64,000 bases of DNA from an uncultured virus (IMG/VR IMGVR_UViG_3300020203_000420) (IMGVR_UViG_3300020203_000420), one strand, 5' to 3'. Numbered from the stretch's first letter, positions 51,027 through 60,420 are shown. Numbers and translations are program-made. The notes: a model not told the origin generated them from the letters alone.

Positions 51027-51054
51027 TTGTTATAAATAAGCGTTAGTATATAAT
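51027..51054 (+). promoter_or_regulatory. Sigma70-type promoter
   Basis: TTGTTA-16nt-TATAAT, 9 nt before ATG 51064. Confidence 0.5.
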
Positions 51055-51063
51055 GAGATCAAT

Positions 51064-51396
51064 ATGATTAAAGCACAGACTAATTTTACTGTATTTGGGG
51101 AGTTTTCAATAACTAAAGCTACTGTAGACCGGATCAATCATTTGCTGCACCTTACAGTAGATCCCGCAGCTTCATTCCAAGCTGATATAAGATTGAATGC
51201 ATTTAAGGAAAAGGACGGTACTGTAACCTTTGAATTATTTGACGTGGAGGTAGGTGAGTTACAGGATACAGATATTCTTCAAAAGCGTGGAGGCGTAACC
51301 TTTCTCTGTTCCCCGACAGTTATTCCATTACTGCAAGGAATAACATTAGACTATAACCTAGAAAAAGATATATTCTTATTCTCTAAGACACTATAA
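51064..51396 (+). CDS. Degenerate HesB/IscA-like protein lacking the Fe-S cysteine motifs
   Basis: ITKATV.RI, IRL, D......GVTFL....IPLLQGITLDY aligns by eye with 52532..52876; no GGCSG or CGCG. Confidence 0.55.
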   Translation: MIKAQTNFTVFGEFSITKATVDRINHLLHLTVDPAASFQADIRLNAFKEKDGTVTFELFDVEVGELQDTDILQKRGGVTFLCSPTVIPLLQGITLDYNLEKDIFLFSKTL

Positions 51397-52562
51397 TGAT
51401 TGAACTTCAAAATACTACTATAGGAACATCAGACAGGCCCGACATCGCTAAGACTTTGGGCCATAAGCATATTACTTTTAAAGAAGTTAAAGATAGCTTT
51501 TTTAAGTTCTTATACCTTGCAGATATTCCATTCAAAAACGGAACTAAACTTTACATAGTTAAAGAGTTTGAAGACAAAAATGAAGGTACAGTTTACAATA
51601 TTAATGCCGCTTATTATACGGCTACTTGTCAATTAGAGGGTATTACAGTCGGAGGTAAGCCCGTTTATATAATCCTATTAAACTCAAACTATGCCGACTT
51701 AGAGTTTAGACAAAGAAATAAAATTAAAACTATAAAAAATAGTCATAACTTAATAGTCTTTGATAAGAAGGATTGGGAATCTTTTAACTTAGATGACCCA
51801 GACAGATCCTTTTTAAGACCCCTAACTAAGTTACTACTTAAGAGGTGGTCTAAGTCTTTGTTTGAAAGAATTGTTGAATTAAACTCAATAGTTAAATCTA
51901 CTTTTACCTTAAATGATGTATACTCTAACATAGAATCTAACACGGCTAAGGATCAAGATAAAGAGCAAATTAACTATCTATCCATCAAGAACAAATTCTT
52001 AGAGAATCAACTAAGATTAAGTTTATTTTCTAAAACATTTGACGTGACTAAGGATCACTACCCAATAATTGAGTCCTTAACTGCTCTGAATGACCATGAC
52101 GCTGAGTATATTGAATCAGCCATTAAGCACACCATTAAATCTACTAGGTCTTTAAAGAAGAGATTAACGGACCTACTGGTTATCCCAGATCAATTTGATA
52201 AGGTTATTTTACCAAAAGCTTTTTCTACTTTAAAGGACTGTGAGTTTAAAAGACTATCTAAAAATATATTTGAAGTATCAAACCCTAAGACCTTTCAAAG
52301 GTTTACCTTGGCTCTGTTGACCTCTGATAAGTCTTTAGATTTAGATAATACAGCCCTAAGTAAATTAACCAGTCCGTTAATTTTTGGAATTAAAATTAAA
52401 CCCAATCGTAATATATCTACTTTTATAACCTTAAAGTCTCTTAAAAATAGTGAGAATAAGCTCTCTTGCTCTTTTCATGTAAAAAAGCTATTATTTAATT
52501 ACGAAGCAGGGATTGATAAGGAGTATAGTTTATGTCTATCGACACCAGAGAAAAAGAAGTAG
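51396..52562 (+). CDS. Hypothetical protein
   Basis: 388-aa Lys/Leu-rich ORF. Confidence 0.6.
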   Translation: MIELQNTTIGTSDRPDIAKTLGHKHITFKEVKDSFFKFLYLADIPFKNGTKLYIVKEFEDKNEGTVYNINAAYYTATCQLEGITVGGKPVYIILLNSNYADLEFRQRNKIKTIKNSHNLIVFDKKDWESFNLDDPDRSFLRPLTKLLLKRWSKSLFERIVELNSIVKSTFTLNDVYSNIESNTAKDQDKEQINYLSIKNKFLENQLRLSLFSKTFDVTKDHYPIIESLTALNDHDAEYIESAIKHTIKSTRSLKKRLTDLLVIPDQFDKVILPKAFSTLKDCEFKRLSKNIFEVSNPKTFQRFTLALLTSDKSLDLDNTALSKLTSPLIFGIKIKPNRNISTFITLKSLKNSENKLSCSFHVKKLLFNYEAGIDKEYSLCLSTPEKKK

Positions 52563-52876
52563 AGTTTACCCCAGAGGCGGTAGCGGCAGTTAAAGCTAAT
52601 TTTACCGAGAATGGAATCAACCATTTAAATTTAAGACTATCGGTTCGCGGTGGAGGTTGCTCAGGGTTGGAATACGGGATGGACGCTGACGAAGTAATAA
52701 GGGACTTAGACACTGTTTTGGAATTTGACGGAGTAAAAGTTATTATAGACATGGCAAGTATTAACTTCCTTAAAGGGACAACTGTAGACTATAAAAAAAC
52801 CCTAACTAATTCAGGATTTGTGTTTACCAATCCTAATGCAAAAAAAACCTGTGGTTGCGGAAGTTCGTTTTCATAA
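52532..52876 (+). CDS. iscA: A-type Fe-S cluster carrier (IscA/ErpA/HesB family)
   Basis: GGGCSGLEY, GTTVDY, GFVFTNPNA..TCGCGSSF. Confidence 0.96.
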   Translation: MSIDTREKEVEFTPEAVAAVKANFTENGINHLNLRLSVRGGGCSGLEYGMDADEVIRDLDTVLEFDGVKVIIDMASINFLKGTTVDYKKTLTNSGFVFTNPNAKKTCGCGSSFS

Positions 52877-52882
52877 AGTAAT

Positions 52883-53293
52883 ATGCCTAGAAAAGTTTCA
52901 ATAAAATCTAAACTAATTAAAACGGAGAGGTACAAGATCTTATCTAAGTCCTTTGAAGAGCCTGGATTAAAACATTATTTAAATAAATGGAAAAAGACTA
53001 ATAAGATAATACTTATTCCCCAAGCAAGTAACGGACTAAGTGTTGTAGTTAAAACTTATAAAACTGTACAAAAAAATCCAGCCCTTCATAGGTCATTGTA
53101 TATATCATGCCTATGCTGTTCTACTGGAAAAGAGTCAGAGATGCTCTCTATACACCTTTTAGGTTATGGCGGAAAAGACTCCCCACAAAGTAACATTCTA
53201 GAGGTTGGAGGTAAGACCTGCACCCTAGATGCCTGGCAAAAAGTCTTGGGGCCATTATTAGGATTTGAAGTAAAAGACGGAATAAAATTATAA
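52883..53293 (+). CDS. Hypothetical protein
   Basis: 136-aa basic ORF. Confidence 0.6.
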   Translation: MPRKVSIKSKLIKTERYKILSKSFEEPGLKHYLNKWKKTNKIILIPQASNGLSVVVKTYKTVQKNPALHRSLYISCLCCSTGKESEMLSIHLLGYGGKDSPQSNILEVGGKTCTLDAWQKVLGPLLGFEVKDGIKL

Positions 53294-53305
53294 GGAATTA
53301 GAGTT

Positions 53306-53764
53306 ATGTCAAGTGAGTTTTCAGAATCAAATGAGGGATGGGCAGTGGACCAGGAATTAGAACAGGCTAAGGTAGAGAGGGAGGAAGCTCTTGCAGCTTA
53401 CGAGTCCGAGTTTCCTCATGGGTTTGCCCCAGAGCAGGAGCAGCAAAAGACAGCTCCTCAACCAGAGCTACCTAAAGAACAGATAATCTTAAACTACGTA
53501 ATCAATCTATTAACTGCTGCCTCAAAAAGGACGGAGGAGTCTGAATTTTCTCCAATAGCCTTTAACTATGCAGATTTAGAAACTCTGAAGGGGTTGATAG
53601 AGATTCTAGTAAATAGGAATAATAATCTAACTAGAGATCTCATTAATTATACTAATATAGTTAATAAAGATAAGGATAGAATTGAAAAGTCAATTAAGAG
53701 TCTTAAGCTAAGCCTAGACGGAGCATTTAACTCTTTTATAGGTCAGGTAAATGAAGAGGATTAA
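53306..53764 (+). CDS. Hypothetical acidic coiled-coil protein
   Basis: 152-aa ORF with AAGGA SD-like sequence upstream. Confidence 0.6.
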   Translation: MSSEFSESNEGWAVDQELEQAKVEREEALAAYESEFPHGFAPEQEQQKTAPQPELPKEQIILNYVINLLTAASKRTEESEFSPIAFNYADLETLKGLIEILVNRNNNLTRDLINYTNIVNKDKDRIEKSIKSLKLSLDGAFNSFIGQVNEED

Positions 53765-54128
53765 AGGAAGTATTGATAGTATACCCGTGGTCATAGACTT
53801 ACCTCAAACCCTTCTTGAGTTCAAAGAGGGGGCTAGACTGTTTCAAGGTAAATTAGATTACAACCAGGGATTACTATTTAACTTTAGGTCTCCTCAGTAC
53901 TTGGTGACAGAGAACTCTGGTGTAGAACACGACTTAACTTTATTATACTTTAATGCATTAGGTAAACAGAGTGTAGTAACTGAGATGTCTACTATGGCTT
54001 TAAATAGTAATAAAACTACCTCATCTAAGGGTTGCTACTCCTACCTACTAGAGCTAAGAAGTGATTTTTGTAAGGCCTACCACATAAGGGTAGGTTCTAT
54101 TTTAAGTATTCCTATTGTTAAATTATAA
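53751..54128 (+). CDS. DUF192-like protein
   Basis: GLLFNF...N......L.LLYFN...YLLEL......I.VG pattern. Confidence 0.65.
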   Translation: MKRIKGSIDSIPVVIDLPQTLLEFKEGARLFQGKLDYNQGLLFNFRSPQYLVTENSGVEHDLTLLYFNALGKQSVVTEMSTMALNSNKTTSSKGCYSYLLELRSDFCKAYHIRVGSILSIPIVKL

Positions 54129-54131
54129 TTT

Positions 54132-54581
54132 ATGCCACCACTAATTTTAAACTCAGTAACAGTAAAGTATTTTGATAAGAATGCCCCTAGACTTAATTTA
54201 CCTAATAAGGGGGATTTTGGAATAGATCTATTTGCTAATGAGGATAAAGAAGTTTTTCCAGGGGAATCTTATCTAATTAAAACTGGAATTTGTTTACAGA
54301 TAGAAGATGAAGCATATGGATTTCAAATAAGAGATAGAAGTTCTAAGTCTAAATACTACGAAGTGTTGGCTGGAATTATAGACCCCAGCTATACGGGGGA
54401 ATGGCTTGTAAGAATAAACCTAGTAACAGACCTTCATTATATGATTAGAAAGGGAGATAAAATAGCTCAAGCTATTCCTATGCTAAATTGTTTAGCTTAC
54501 ACCAAAGACCTGATAGAAGTAGAAGAGCTATTAGTAAAGGGAGATAGGTTAGATAAAGGATTCGGGAGCACAGGCTCATAA
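54132..54581 (+). CDS. dut: Trimeric dUTPase
   Basis: GIDL, IKTGI, RSS, GIIDPSYTGE, KGDKIAQ, R.DKGFGSTG. Confidence 0.95.
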   Translation: MPPLILNSVTVKYFDKNAPRLNLPNKGDFGIDLFANEDKEVFPGESYLIKTGICLQIEDEAYGFQIRDRSSKSKYYEVLAGIIDPSYTGEWLVRINLVTDLHYMIRKGDKIAQAIPMLNCLAYTKDLIEVEELLVKGDRLDKGFGSTGS

Positions 54582-54586
54582 TATAC

Positions 54587-54615
54587 TTGATTAGTGTTAA
54601 AAATTATAATACAAT
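54587..54615 (+). promoter_or_regulatory. Sigma70-type promoter, predicted leaderless
   Basis: TTGATT-17nt-TACAAT-6nt-ATG(54622). Confidence 0.75.
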
Positions 54616-54621
54616 GGGGTT

Positions 54622-55242
54622 ATGGACCACTCTCAAATTATAGAAAAATTAGCTCAACTTAAAGAACCCTTTGCTGAGGATCAGGTTAGATCCAGAACAG
54701 GGGCAGATAATAAAGAATTTAAGTATATACCCACCATCTTAGTTACTGAAAGGTTAGATCAGGTGTTTCCTCTAGCCTGGTCTTGGGAGATTCTAGATAA
54801 TAGAGTAGACAAGTCTGTAAGAAATAAAAGAACTGGATATAACAAAGATACCCAACCTTGGACTCCTATTATGGAAGACGTTACCGTAGAGGTAGTCTCT
54901 GTACTGGGTAGATTGAGTTTTCAACTTTCTGAAACCAAAGTAGTATTCAGAGATGCCTGGGGTGGAGCTGATGCTGGCAAGGGAAGCGCGTCTGGGGATG
55001 ACTTCAAAATTGCAGCAACAAACGCTATGAAGAAGGCAGCATACATGTTTGGCGTAGGCGGGCATATAGGCCTAGACGTTCTAGAGCATTTGGACGATGT
55101 TAAACCAGACAAGCCTAAAAAGCAGTATAATAATTCTGGTAAAAATAACTGGTACAACAACAGTGGTCAGAGTTCCCAGGATAGTAGCTCACAACAAACT
55201 GCACCAGAGCAACCAAAGAAATCGACTAACCCCCTTAGATAA
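54622..55242 (+). CDS. Rad52/Sak-like ssDNA annealing protein
   Basis: L.EPF, YI....V.ERL..VF...WSWEI, FKIAATNAMKKAA.MFGVG. Confidence 0.88.
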   Translation: MDHSQIIEKLAQLKEPFAEDQVRSRTGADNKEFKYIPTILVTERLDQVFPLAWSWEILDNRVDKSVRNKRTGYNKDTQPWTPIMEDVTVEVVSVLGRLSFQLSETKVVFRDAWGGADAGKGSASGDDFKIAATNAMKKAAYMFGVGGHIGLDVLEHLDDVKPDKPKKQYNNSGKNNWYNNSGQSSQDSSSQQTAPEQPKKSTNPLR

Positions 55243-55250
55243 GTTCGATA

Positions 55251-57065
55251 ATGCAAATCAAAACGGTTTTCGTAAAAGAGATCTCTAAACGAGTCAAGAT
55301 TCTCTGTTTGGAGAGTACTAAAGAAACGGGAGATGAGTTAACTAACCTATCTAGTGAGGTGAATGAGTTATCCTATCGAAGCTGGGTAATAGAAAGCTTT
55401 ATAGTTGGAATCAATAAACTATTTGGTCACTTGCTAGAATCTACGAATGGTAATATAGAAGATTTAAGTAAATTAAAAAACATCCTATACGAGAAAGTTA
55501 TTGATATAAATCCTCAGTTGGCACCTGAGAATATTTATATGTCTCCATCTAATAACCTAACACTAACCAAGCAGTCAGTAAAACTGATAGACTGTGAGAG
55601 TTGGGGAGTTAAAGAAGAAAACTCCTCTTTAATGTTATTTGATCTGGAAGATTACTATAAGATTACCGAAAACGTCAGAAACCACGAACACTACATAGAA
55701 ATAGTGTCTTGGGATTTATTCCCAGGTGTTTCATTAACAGTTAGACAGTTTAATAAAAACCTTAAAACTAATCTAATGCAGGGGTATACCCCAGTAACTG
55801 AAGACGATGTAAAGTATTTCATAGTTATTACCTGCATAGATAACCTTCAGAACCTAATTAAGTTTATAAGTTATAAGCTGGAAGACGTTTCTTTACCTTT
55901 TGAGAAGGTATTAGACTCTTTGTATCAGATTGCGATAGCAAATAATCCTTTTCTTAAGGTTAAAGTTAAGGATTTTAATAAGTTAAATAAAGCCTTTAGG
56001 TTTCATAAGGCTGCCGCTGATCACGAAGAGAAGCAAATAGAGGCTGGGGCTAGGAAGTCCCTGTTAGAAGTCCCACACAAAGAAATAGCAAACCTATACT
56101 CTTCTCTATCCTCGAAGATATTCGGTCAAGATGAGGCTATAGAGGCGGTCTGTAAGTCAATAAGAAAAGCTCATACGGGCATTAAACAACCCAAAACCCC
56201 TATAGGAGCTTTTTTCTTCTACGGCCCGACTTCGGTAGGTAAAACGGAACTAGCTAAGGTAATAGCTAAAAGCTTGACTAAAAGTACACACGGCCTCGTT
56301 AAGGTAGCCTGTAATACTATGATCTCATCTCACAACGTTCATACTTTGATTGGAGCACCCCCAGGATATGTAGGGTATGAAGAGAAGGGATTACTTACCA
56401 GAGCACTGGAGAATAGCAAGTTTAAGGTTATTCTGTTTGACGAGGTGGAAAAAGCCCACCCCAAATTATTAGATATAGTTTTAGAGGTTCTCGAAGAGGG
56501 AGAACTGATGACGGCTGATGGGGACAGACTAGACCTCTCAGATTGTTTGATTATCTTTACTAGTAATATAGGACAGGGGGAAGCTAATAACGCCTTAAAT
56601 ACGGCTGGTTTTATTTCTCCTAAAACTAATTTAGAAAAAGAAGCAGTATTAAAAAGTGAATTTGAAAAGACAATTAAAAATAAGTTAAAGCCAGAGTTTC
56701 TCGCTAGACTAACTGGAGAGTTTTACTTTTCAAATCTACCTAAAGAGGGTCTTATTAAGGTCGCTGGGCTAAAGCTGAATGAGTATTCTAAGATACTCTC
56801 TAAGAAGAAAATTAAAGTTAGTTTCAGTCGCAACCTACCAGAGTTTATAGTTAATCAGGTTCAAGCTGTAAATGGAAATGCTCACGCAAGAAACATTAGA
56901 AATTATATTGATATGCAAGTCATTGAACAATTAGGTGATTTTGTGTTACAGTTCTTAGAGAAGAATAGTAAGAATGAGAGAATAGTTGAGGTTTCGGTAG
57001 CGAATGATAAATTGTCATTTAATTTGATTGATGTACCTTATGAGCAAAAGCAAAAAAAAGTATAG
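55251..57065 (+). CDS. Clp/Hsp100 ATPase with single D2-type AAA+ domain and unknown N-terminal domain
   Basis: IFGQDEA, GPTSVGKTELAK, LIGAPPGYVGYE, ILFDEVEKAH, FTSNIG, PEFLAR. Confidence 0.9.
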   Translation: MQIKTVFVKEISKRVKILCLESTKETGDELTNLSSEVNELSYRSWVIESFIVGINKLFGHLLESTNGNIEDLSKLKNILYEKVIDINPQLAPENIYMSPSNNLTLTKQSVKLIDCESWGVKEENSSLMLFDLEDYYKITENVRNHEHYIEIVSWDLFPGVSLTVRQFNKNLKTNLMQGYTPVTEDDVKYFIVITCIDNLQNLIKFISYKLEDVSLPFEKVLDSLYQIAIANNPFLKVKVKDFNKLNKAFRFHKAAADHEEKQIEAGARKSLLEVPHKEIANLYSSLSSKIFGQDEAIEAVCKSIRKAHTGIKQPKTPIGAFFFYGPTSVGKTELAKVIAKSLTKSTHGLVKVACNTMISSHNVHTLIGAPPGYVGYEEKGLLTRALENSKFKVILFDEVEKAHPKLLDIVLEVLEEGELMTADGDRLDLSDCLIIFTSNIGQGEANNALNTAGFISPKTNLEKEAVLKSEFEKTIKNKLKPEFLARLTGEFYFSNLPKEGLIKVAGLKLNEYSKILSKKKIKVSFSRNLPEFIVNQVQAVNGNAHARNIRNYIDMQVIEQLGDFVLQFLEKNSKNERIVEVSVANDKLSFNLIDVPYEQKQKKV

Positions 57066-57591
57066 TGTCTTAATTTTAGATATAGATGGCGCGAGCAATT
57101 ACGAATATCCCCATCTAGTTTTAGACAAGGTTCAAGACCTGGTTAAAAAAGATCCCTATGGAAAAGCAATATGGGATTTATTTAGGGCATCGGCAGAGGA
57201 TTTAAATGTTAGGCCCCAAGCATTGCCCTACCTTTCTTTTAAAAAGATAAGAGAACACTTTGATAAGATTTATATATTAACAGCTAGATTAGAGAGTTGG
57301 AGACCTTCAACCGAGGCTTGGTTAGAGAAATGGAACTTCAAAGTAGATAAAGTTTTTATGAGACCAGACGAGTTGTATAAACTTACTGGGGCCGAAGTAA
57401 AAGAAAAGATAGTAACGGAACAGATATTACCTTTTCACTCCAAAGATTCTTGTGTAGCTTGTGATGATGATGATAAGATCTGTGAGATGTATGACAGGCT
57501 AGGAATTAAATACTTTAAGGCCCCACACGGTTGGGTAGAGTTTTTACTGCACATAGAAGAAGAGTTAAAATCAATAGGCGATACTTTATAG
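57028..57591 (+). CDS. HAD-superfamily phosphatase (PNKP-phosphatase/nucleotidase-like); start may be 57031 or 57040
   Basis: LDIDG, LTAR, FMRP, K, DDDD motifs. Confidence 0.8.
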   Translation: MMYLMSKSKKKYSVLILDIDGASNYEYPHLVLDKVQDLVKKDPYGKAIWDLFRASAEDLNVRPQALPYLSFKKIREHFDKIYILTARLESWRPSTEAWLEKWNFKVDKVFMRPDELYKLTGAEVKEKIVTEQILPFHSKDSCVACDDDDKICEMYDRLGIKYFKAPHGWVEFLLHIEEELKSIGDTL

Positions 57592-57598
57592 GACATAT

Positions 57599-57913
57599 AT
57601 GCCATATATTAAACAACAAAGCAGAGATATTTATAAAAACGAGATAGACTCTTTAGTTAATAAGCTAATTAAAACCTTCTCAGATGAACCTACGATTATT
57701 ACTAGAGAAAGAGCAGGAACTTTAAATTACCTATTTACTACTATTTTAAAACAATTCTATGGTGGTCTAAATAAAAAGTTAGGTGACCTTCCTTTAAGGT
57801 ATGCAGACTATAACGAAATGATAGGAATGCTAGAGTGTTGTAAGCAAGAACTTTATCGCCGCTCTATTAGCGAGTATGAAAATGTCTGCATTAGGGTGAA
57901 TGGAGACGTTTAA
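57599..57913 (+). CDS. Conserved phage protein (resembles DUF6899)
   Basis: MPYIK...R, G.LNY..T, YNEMIGMLEC.KQELYRR...YE...NGDV. Confidence 0.7.
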   Translation: MPYIKQQSRDIYKNEIDSLVNKLIKTFSDEPTIITRERAGTLNYLFTTILKQFYGGLNKKLGDLPLRYADYNEMIGMLECCKQELYRRSISEYENVCIRVNGDV

Positions 57914-58638
57914 TGTTACCATTATATTTCCGTAAACAAGTATATTTTGCTGGAGATCTATTTGATCATAAACATCTAATAGGTAATCACATACTTGCTG
58001 AATTTCTATCTGAAATTAAAGAGGGAGATGATAAAAAATACGATATTATTTTACCTCAAAATTTAGAACAAACAGTCGATAGAGCTATAGATGTTAGAGA
58101 TCAGGACTATAGATTATTGCTAGAAGCTGACTTAGCTCTATTTAATTTTGACGGAACAGATCTTGATTCTGGTACCGTAGCAGAGTTTATGTTTGCTAAA
58201 ATGTTAGATATCCCATGCGTCATCTTACGATCTGACTTTCGGGCGGCGGGAGATGGTCTTAAGGACGGAGAACAATGGAATCTAATGCTAACAGGATTCC
58301 CCAGGTCTGTAGTTTTATACTGGCATAGCATGTCCAACTATCAACAATATAAGAAGAACAATAAAGCTAGCTTTATAAATGATTTATATGGTAGCCTATC
58401 AGAAGAGATAGATAGAGCGTTTGATGAGGCTACAAGAGGGCCTTCTATATTCTTCAATAAAGCTGAAGTTACACAGGCTTATACCTTAGCCACTAGAATT
58501 CTAGGAGATAGTTTTAAAAAACATCTAAAGGTTAAGTGGAATCTTACCGATACTACAGTAGAAGAGGCTTTAATAGGTATTGCCGCTAGGAAAGTAGATA
58601 ATAAAACTTATGAATTTAAAGATGTTGGTAATAGGTAG
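57913..58638 (+). CDS. Nucleoside 2-deoxyribosyltransferase / nucleotide N-glycosidase family protein
   Basis: VYFAGDLF, LPQ, D...L..AD, DG.D.DSGTVAE.MFA. Confidence 0.85.
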   Translation: MLPLYFRKQVYFAGDLFDHKHLIGNHILAEFLSEIKEGDDKKYDIILPQNLEQTVDRAIDVRDQDYRLLLEADLALFNFDGTDLDSGTVAEFMFAKMLDIPCVILRSDFRAAGDGLKDGEQWNLMLTGFPRSVVLYWHSMSNYQQYKKNNKASFINDLYGSLSEEIDRAFDEATRGPSIFFNKAEVTQAYTLATRILGDSFKKHLKVKWNLTDTTVEEALIGIAARKVDNKTYEFKDVGNR

Positions 58639-59641
58639 CTGTGTAGTAGATTTAAGTTACTCTGTTAAAGAGCTTCCAAGGCCTGGCCAAACAACTTTAG
58701 GAACACTCGATATTGGCGCTGGAGGTAAGGGCTTTAACCAAGCATTTGCCGCTGCAAGAGTTTTAGAAGGGTTTACAGCCGATGAAAGAGATAGCACAGT
58801 TACCTTCATCGGACCCGTAGGAGAGGACCCTGAATCAATGCTTGGACCAGGTCCAGACTCTCTGGGCCTAATCTTTGATGAGTTTATAGAGCAACGCAAT
58901 CAAGTTAATCTTGAGGCACACTTATTGACGATGAAAGGTCATAGAACTGGGTCTGCATCTATCGTAACGGATTCTACCTCTCAAAATCAAATAGTGGTTG
59001 ATCTGGGGGCAAACCTGTATTTAACTTATCGAGAGGTAGAAACAACTAAAAACTTAAGAGACTTTAGCTTGCTCCAACTTCAGTTAGAGTTAGCTCCTGA
59101 GTTAACTTTAAACATACTGAAAGAAGCTAAAAGTAATGGCATTAAGGTGGTGATTTTAAATCCCGCCCCCGCCGACACTTTTGAAACTAAGATGTTAGTT
59201 TACGTAGATATACTAACCCCTAATCAGACAGAATTTAAAGCGGTAATGGATAAGACTCTAGAGATTCAACCTTACATGCATTATCTTGTAACTCTTGGAG
59301 ATAAAGGAGTTGCTCATGTCTATCGTCATGATTGGGGACTTCCCCCTGAAGTTAACTTCTCTCCAAGCTATAAAGTAGATGCAGTAGATTCCGCAGGTGC
59401 AGGTGATGCGTTTAATGGGGCATTAGCTGCCACCTTACACAAGCTTTCCTATAATAATCTAGATAGCCAACTCGTACAAGAAGCTGCTGAAATTGCCCAA
59501 GCGTATGCCGCACTCTCAGTAACTAAAGTAGGCACATCTAAATCCTATGCCACTAATTCCGAACTTCAAGAGTTCTTAGGATCTCAAAATAAAGAAGGGT
59601 TTACAAAAATTACTTTACAAGACCTTATGGAGATGATATGA
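58610..59641 (+). CDS. rbsK: Ribokinase (PfkB family)
   Basis: IGS.VVD, GGKGFNQA, GAN, QLE, LNPAPA, PNQTE, TLG.KG, DSAGAGDAFNG. Confidence 0.92.
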   Translation: MNLKMLVIGSCVVDLSYSVKELPRPGQTTLGTLDIGAGGKGFNQAFAAARVLEGFTADERDSTVTFIGPVGEDPESMLGPGPDSLGLIFDEFIEQRNQVNLEAHLLTMKGHRTGSASIVTDSTSQNQIVVDLGANLYLTYREVETTKNLRDFSLLQLQLELAPELTLNILKEAKSNGIKVVILNPAPADTFETKMLVYVDILTPNQTEFKAVMDKTLEIQPYMHYLVTLGDKGVAHVYRHDWGLPPEVNFSPSYKVDAVDSAGAGDAFNGALAATLHKLSYNNLDSQLVQEAAEIAQAYAALSVTKVGTSKSYATNSELQEFLGSQNKEGFTKITLQDLMEMI

Positions 59642-60420
59642 CAAAAACAATGAGTGCCGATCTTAGAAGTTTAGAGGAAGGGGAGCAGTATCAAGTTGTG
59701 GCAGCAGTAACTGCAATACTAGAAGATAACGAAATTAATTTCATCGGTATGCTTGACCAGGGGATACTTGCTAGATTTAAAAATAATCTAATACTAAAAG
59801 AGATTATCAGGGAAAGACTTAACGTGCCAGGAATATTTGTAATAAAGGTGGATAAAGTATGGCCAAAGCTTGAAGACGTAGAGACAGAAAACTGGATAGT
59901 AGAAGCCTCTGTAGTAAACGTCATATACCCCGTCAAAACTACGGATGACGGTGTAAAAACCGAAGAGTCAAGAGTTATTTTAACTTCTGGAAAAGAAATA
60001 AGGTTTGAACAAGACGAGCAGGTAACAATAGATCAAGTAGGTAGTTTTATAAATAGAATCATAGATAAAGTTCAAAAAGAAGATCAAATGGATAAAGCAC
60101 TCCCAGACATGAATTTAGCGTTAGCAGAGTTAGAACTTTCTAACGGTAGGCTTAAAGAGAGTCTTAATCAAACTAGGATTGCAATTCAACACGGAAATAA
60201 TAGTAAAAAAGATTTAATTCTAGAGAGAGTAGATTTCTATGAATCATTGCTTCAAAAGCAGTCAGATTTCATTCGATCAATACAAACGCTTCTTTTAGAT
60301 AAAAATTACACAGAGTATGGTCAGACTATTAAAAAAATAAACTCTATAAGCTCTTTCATTAGACAAGACTGTTCTGAGATAATGGACGGCCATGTAGTTA
60401 ATAAAGACGATTTACAATGA
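59638..60420 (+). CDS. Hypothetical protein with C-terminal coiled coil
   Basis: 260-aa ORF, ATGA overlaps at both ends. Confidence 0.6.
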   Translation: MTKTMSADLRSLEEGEQYQVVAAVTAILEDNEINFIGMLDQGILARFKNNLILKEIIRERLNVPGIFVIKVDKVWPKLEDVETENWIVEASVVNVIYPVKTTDDGVKTEESRVILTSGKEIRFEQDEQVTIDQVGSFINRIIDKVQKEDQMDKALPDMNLALAELELSNGRLKESLNQTRIAIQHGNNSKKDLILERVDFYESLLQKQSDFIRSIQTLLLDKNYTEYGQTIKKINSISSFIRQDCSEIMDGHVVNKDDLQ

